The notes beneath the pieces were generated by a model that saw only the letters and a list, made by a program, of their open reading frames with translations, was not told the origin of the DNA and did not search any database. Position numbers and translations under genes: made by a program. This document shows, in pieces, positions 61,079 through 64,000 of a stretch of DNA of 64,000 nucleotides. This DNA is from Zygnema circumcarinatum SAG 698-1b (Eukaryota; Plantae; Zygnematophyceae). Every line of letters begins with the position of its first letter. Position 1 is the first letter of the stretch. The stretch is taken from contig CM074812.1 in assembly GCA_037447605.1 (NCBI GenBank), positions 1,798,001-1,862,000 of the forward strand, given 5' to 3'.

Positions 61079-61511
61079 CTAATAGCGAATGCTTTTCCCA
61101 ACTTCAAAGAAGTGCGCTACGCTCTCCTCCGGCGTTCCCACCAGCACTCCGTGCCCCAAATTCAACACGTGCTTGTGGGTGCCCGCCTTGTTCACTGCCT
61201 CCATGATCCTCTTGGAGATGCCCTCCCTCGGCCCAAAGAGCGCCGCCGGGTCCACGTTCCCCTGCACGGCGAGGGAGGGCCCTATCCGCCGCCTCGCCTC
61301 CGCCATGTCGACGGTCCAGTCCACGCTGATCACGTCCACGCCCGAAGAGGCCATTCGCTCAAGGAGGCCGCCGCTCCCACTCGCGTACAGGATGAGAGGG
61401 AGGGAGGGGTGGGTCTCCTTCACTGCACTCACGATTTGCTTGATGTACGGCAGACTGAACTCCTCGAAATCTGCATCCGCAGAGAACACAGCAGACAGTG
61501 AGTGGCGAGCT

Positions 61512-61549
<38 letters not shown>

Positions 61550-63731
61550 CTCTCTGCCTCTCTCCCTCTCTCTTTCGCTCCCTCTCTCTCTCTCTCCCTC
61601 TCTCTCTCTCCCTCTCTCTCTCCCCCCCCCCTCTCTCTCTCTCTACAGTTTACAGTCAACAGTATTTCGGATTTTTTCTTCTTTGGCGGTTCTTCAACAG
61701 AAGCAAACACATGTGCGAAACAGGTTTATTATGTATGAACCCAAGACAGTGTTCAATCTCAAGAAACTTCCCAGTTCGTTTCCTCAGTAGTTTAAAAAGT
61801 TCGATCGATATCCCTCACCTGTCGGCGTGAGATGCGTGGCCCACGAGTCAAATATCTGCACTGCTTGTGCTCCATTATCTGCCTGATAACGGACATAGAC
61901 AATTATCGATTCTGCCAATTTCTGCAAAAGAGCGTGAAGGATCTGCATAGCAACAACCAAGTGGACCTGACATCAACAATGATCAATTAAATGCTAAATT
62001 TGCCCCTTTTTTGTTGAGTAGAGGGACTGCTGAAGACAATCTCTCAGCCAAAGGCTGCTCGTTTCATGACGGTTCCAACTTTGATGTCTAGGCGAGGATA
62101 TACGAATGACTGACTTACATTCCGTACTCGGGCACAGTAGCTACAAAGACGATACGAGGCCAGCCTTTGTTATAGACGGAATTCCAGTTAGTTTATGGTT
62201 AGCTTGTGGTTAGCTGCTGTTTCACTTAGGAGCACTTTCAGCTCACGATTCTGCTAAACGAGGTAGTCTACACTGTTAGTCTTACCCCCAATTAGTGCGT
62301 TGCACGATTGGGCATAGAATACGATAATAGAGGGCTACAAAAAGCAATCAAGCGCAAACGAATTTTTACCATAATAAGTGAATAAAAAGTGATTTATTTC
62401 GCAGTACTTAATAATCAAAGAGAGTGAGTTTTTCCTGCAATTCCGCTAAGACTTTGCGCTAAGCTACGCGCTTCGATCGAGAAAGTTCAAAGATGAAGAA
62501 AGATTATCCACTTTCCGCTGCTGTTTGCTCGTTTCCGAGCTTTGCAACGCCCTTCATAAAATCTCCCTTCAGGGACGATACTACTACAAGCCACAATCTG
62601 AGCTTATACTCTTCAAACTGCTCACTCCAACCTTAGAGCGTTTGCCAATCCGGGTTCGAGAGTCAAAACGATTTTTTGCATTGTCGTGCCGTGAAACGAG
62701 ACACAGGAAGAGAGAAGAGGGTGCCAACCTGAGGTGCTGCAAACGCCATCCTTTTGATAATGGTGAAGTTCTTGGACGAGCCGCCCTCCACTATGTACGA
62801 GGCGAGGGTGAAGGGAGCCCCCACAAAGCCCAGTACGGCCGAGGCATTGCCAAGCTGCAGACCAGACACAGTGTGAATTGCAGCTTCTAACTATACAATA
62901 TATATATATATATATATGTATGTGTGTATGTATGTATGTATGTATGCAGAATCTAGTGGCACATATCCCACGTCTATCATCTATCGAGTAGCGCAGAAGA
63001 GCTTCTTTGCTGGAGCATGAAGCAGGCAGAGCTTGGCCTCAAATAGGAAGGTTCAGGCACAAATGAACACTTTAACAATTGGGTCTTAAAAAAAATTCAG
63101 CAATTGCTGCAAGCATTTTGTAGACAGGTTTTACGAGGGTTCCTCCAAAAAGAGTGAGAGTCTTACTTCAGAGCGCAAAGCTCGAAGGGTCTCTCCCACA
63201 TAGGGGACCGCCTCTTCAGGAACGAGGTCCCTAACCTCTGCCACGTCAGCAGCTGTCCTAATGGGCTTGTGAATGATAGGCCCTTTCGTCTTCACAATGT
63301 CGAAAGGAATGTTCATTCCTGTCAAGGGAGTCAAAATATCGGAGAACAAAATAACCTGCACAGTTTCTTTCCATCTCGTCAGACCTTCCGTCACGCTCGT
63401 GTAACTGAAAAACGCAGCACAGTATAGCAGGCGAAGGGCGAAAGGAAACAATCTACAGAATATGGGCTGGATTGAGAAAGCAAACAATGAGCTGAGAAAA
63501 CCACAAGAAATCTAGAGCCCAATTTTTTTTCCAAGAAGAACATGAGATTGATGGCCCATGAAGCATAACAAAAGCTAACGTCAGCAAATGCCAAAAGCTG
63601 TTACGGAAAATGGAACTCACTCCATCTGGTTTAAAGGCTTTCCAGGGCTGCAATGAAATCTCCACCGACAAATCGACATTCTCTGACCGTTCCCTAAATG
63701 TGGGATACTTGACACAGAGCTCTTGATACAC
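61079..63731 (-). CDS. hemE: Uroporphyrinogen decarboxylase; the 5' exons lie beyond the window end
   Basis: [85 protein letters not shown] and HVLNLGHG...SIRY*. Confidence 0.96.
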
Positions 63732-64000
63732 CTGCAGACGTCATCAAACAAGAAATAACTCCTCAGTCCAATAGCTTTTCTGTTAACACAACGCAAAGAC
63801 CGTGATAGGAGAAGCACAAGTCTGCATAGACTTCGACGTCTAGTCCTCAAACAACAGAGAACACTTTTGAGACTCTCAGAAGAAAAAACCCAATGAGGAA
63901 AGAGCAATTGGAACGTCAGCTAAATCAGACTGCTAAAATTCCTTCCAAAATCGATCATGACTCGTGTAAGAGAACGAAAACGGACACCTTCATGTATCGT

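Overview
Gene-dense, intron-rich eukaryotic nuclear DNA from a green plant-lineage organism, most likely a streptophyte alga (inferred from CLPP6, a type-B response regulator, a PRA1.A-like gene, plant-type mS23/mS26, ~50% GC and GA/CT microsatellites). I reconstructed 17 protein-coding genes by hand from GT-AG introns: UEV1, CLPP6, an intronless TMEM161, an ARM-repeat protein, a D-amino-acid transaminase/ADC lyase, a type-B response regulator, TAF13, WDR53, crooked-neck (CRN), carB, PRA1, a DnaJ-type zinc-finger protein, mS23, mS26, a 59-aa small ORF missed by the ORF track, a divergent nucleotide-sugar transporter and a 5'-truncated UROD. The head-to-head intergenic regions hold four non-autonomous TIR elements of different families. 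One has 42-bp-periodic TGGTT-N3-AACCA palindrome arrays and appears nested in an older copy of itself. These regions also hold an interstitial telomere-like tract and a recurrent TATCG/CGATA/GTAC-rich island next to gene starts. No CRISPR array, tRNA or rRNA was found. I cannot demonstrate a new multi-gene system. The best leads are the palindrome-array transposon family, the promoter islands, the small ORF, the uORF-laden response-regulator leader and two splice-signal repeat arrays inside the spliceosomal CRN gene. Family assignments come from recalled motifs, not database searches.
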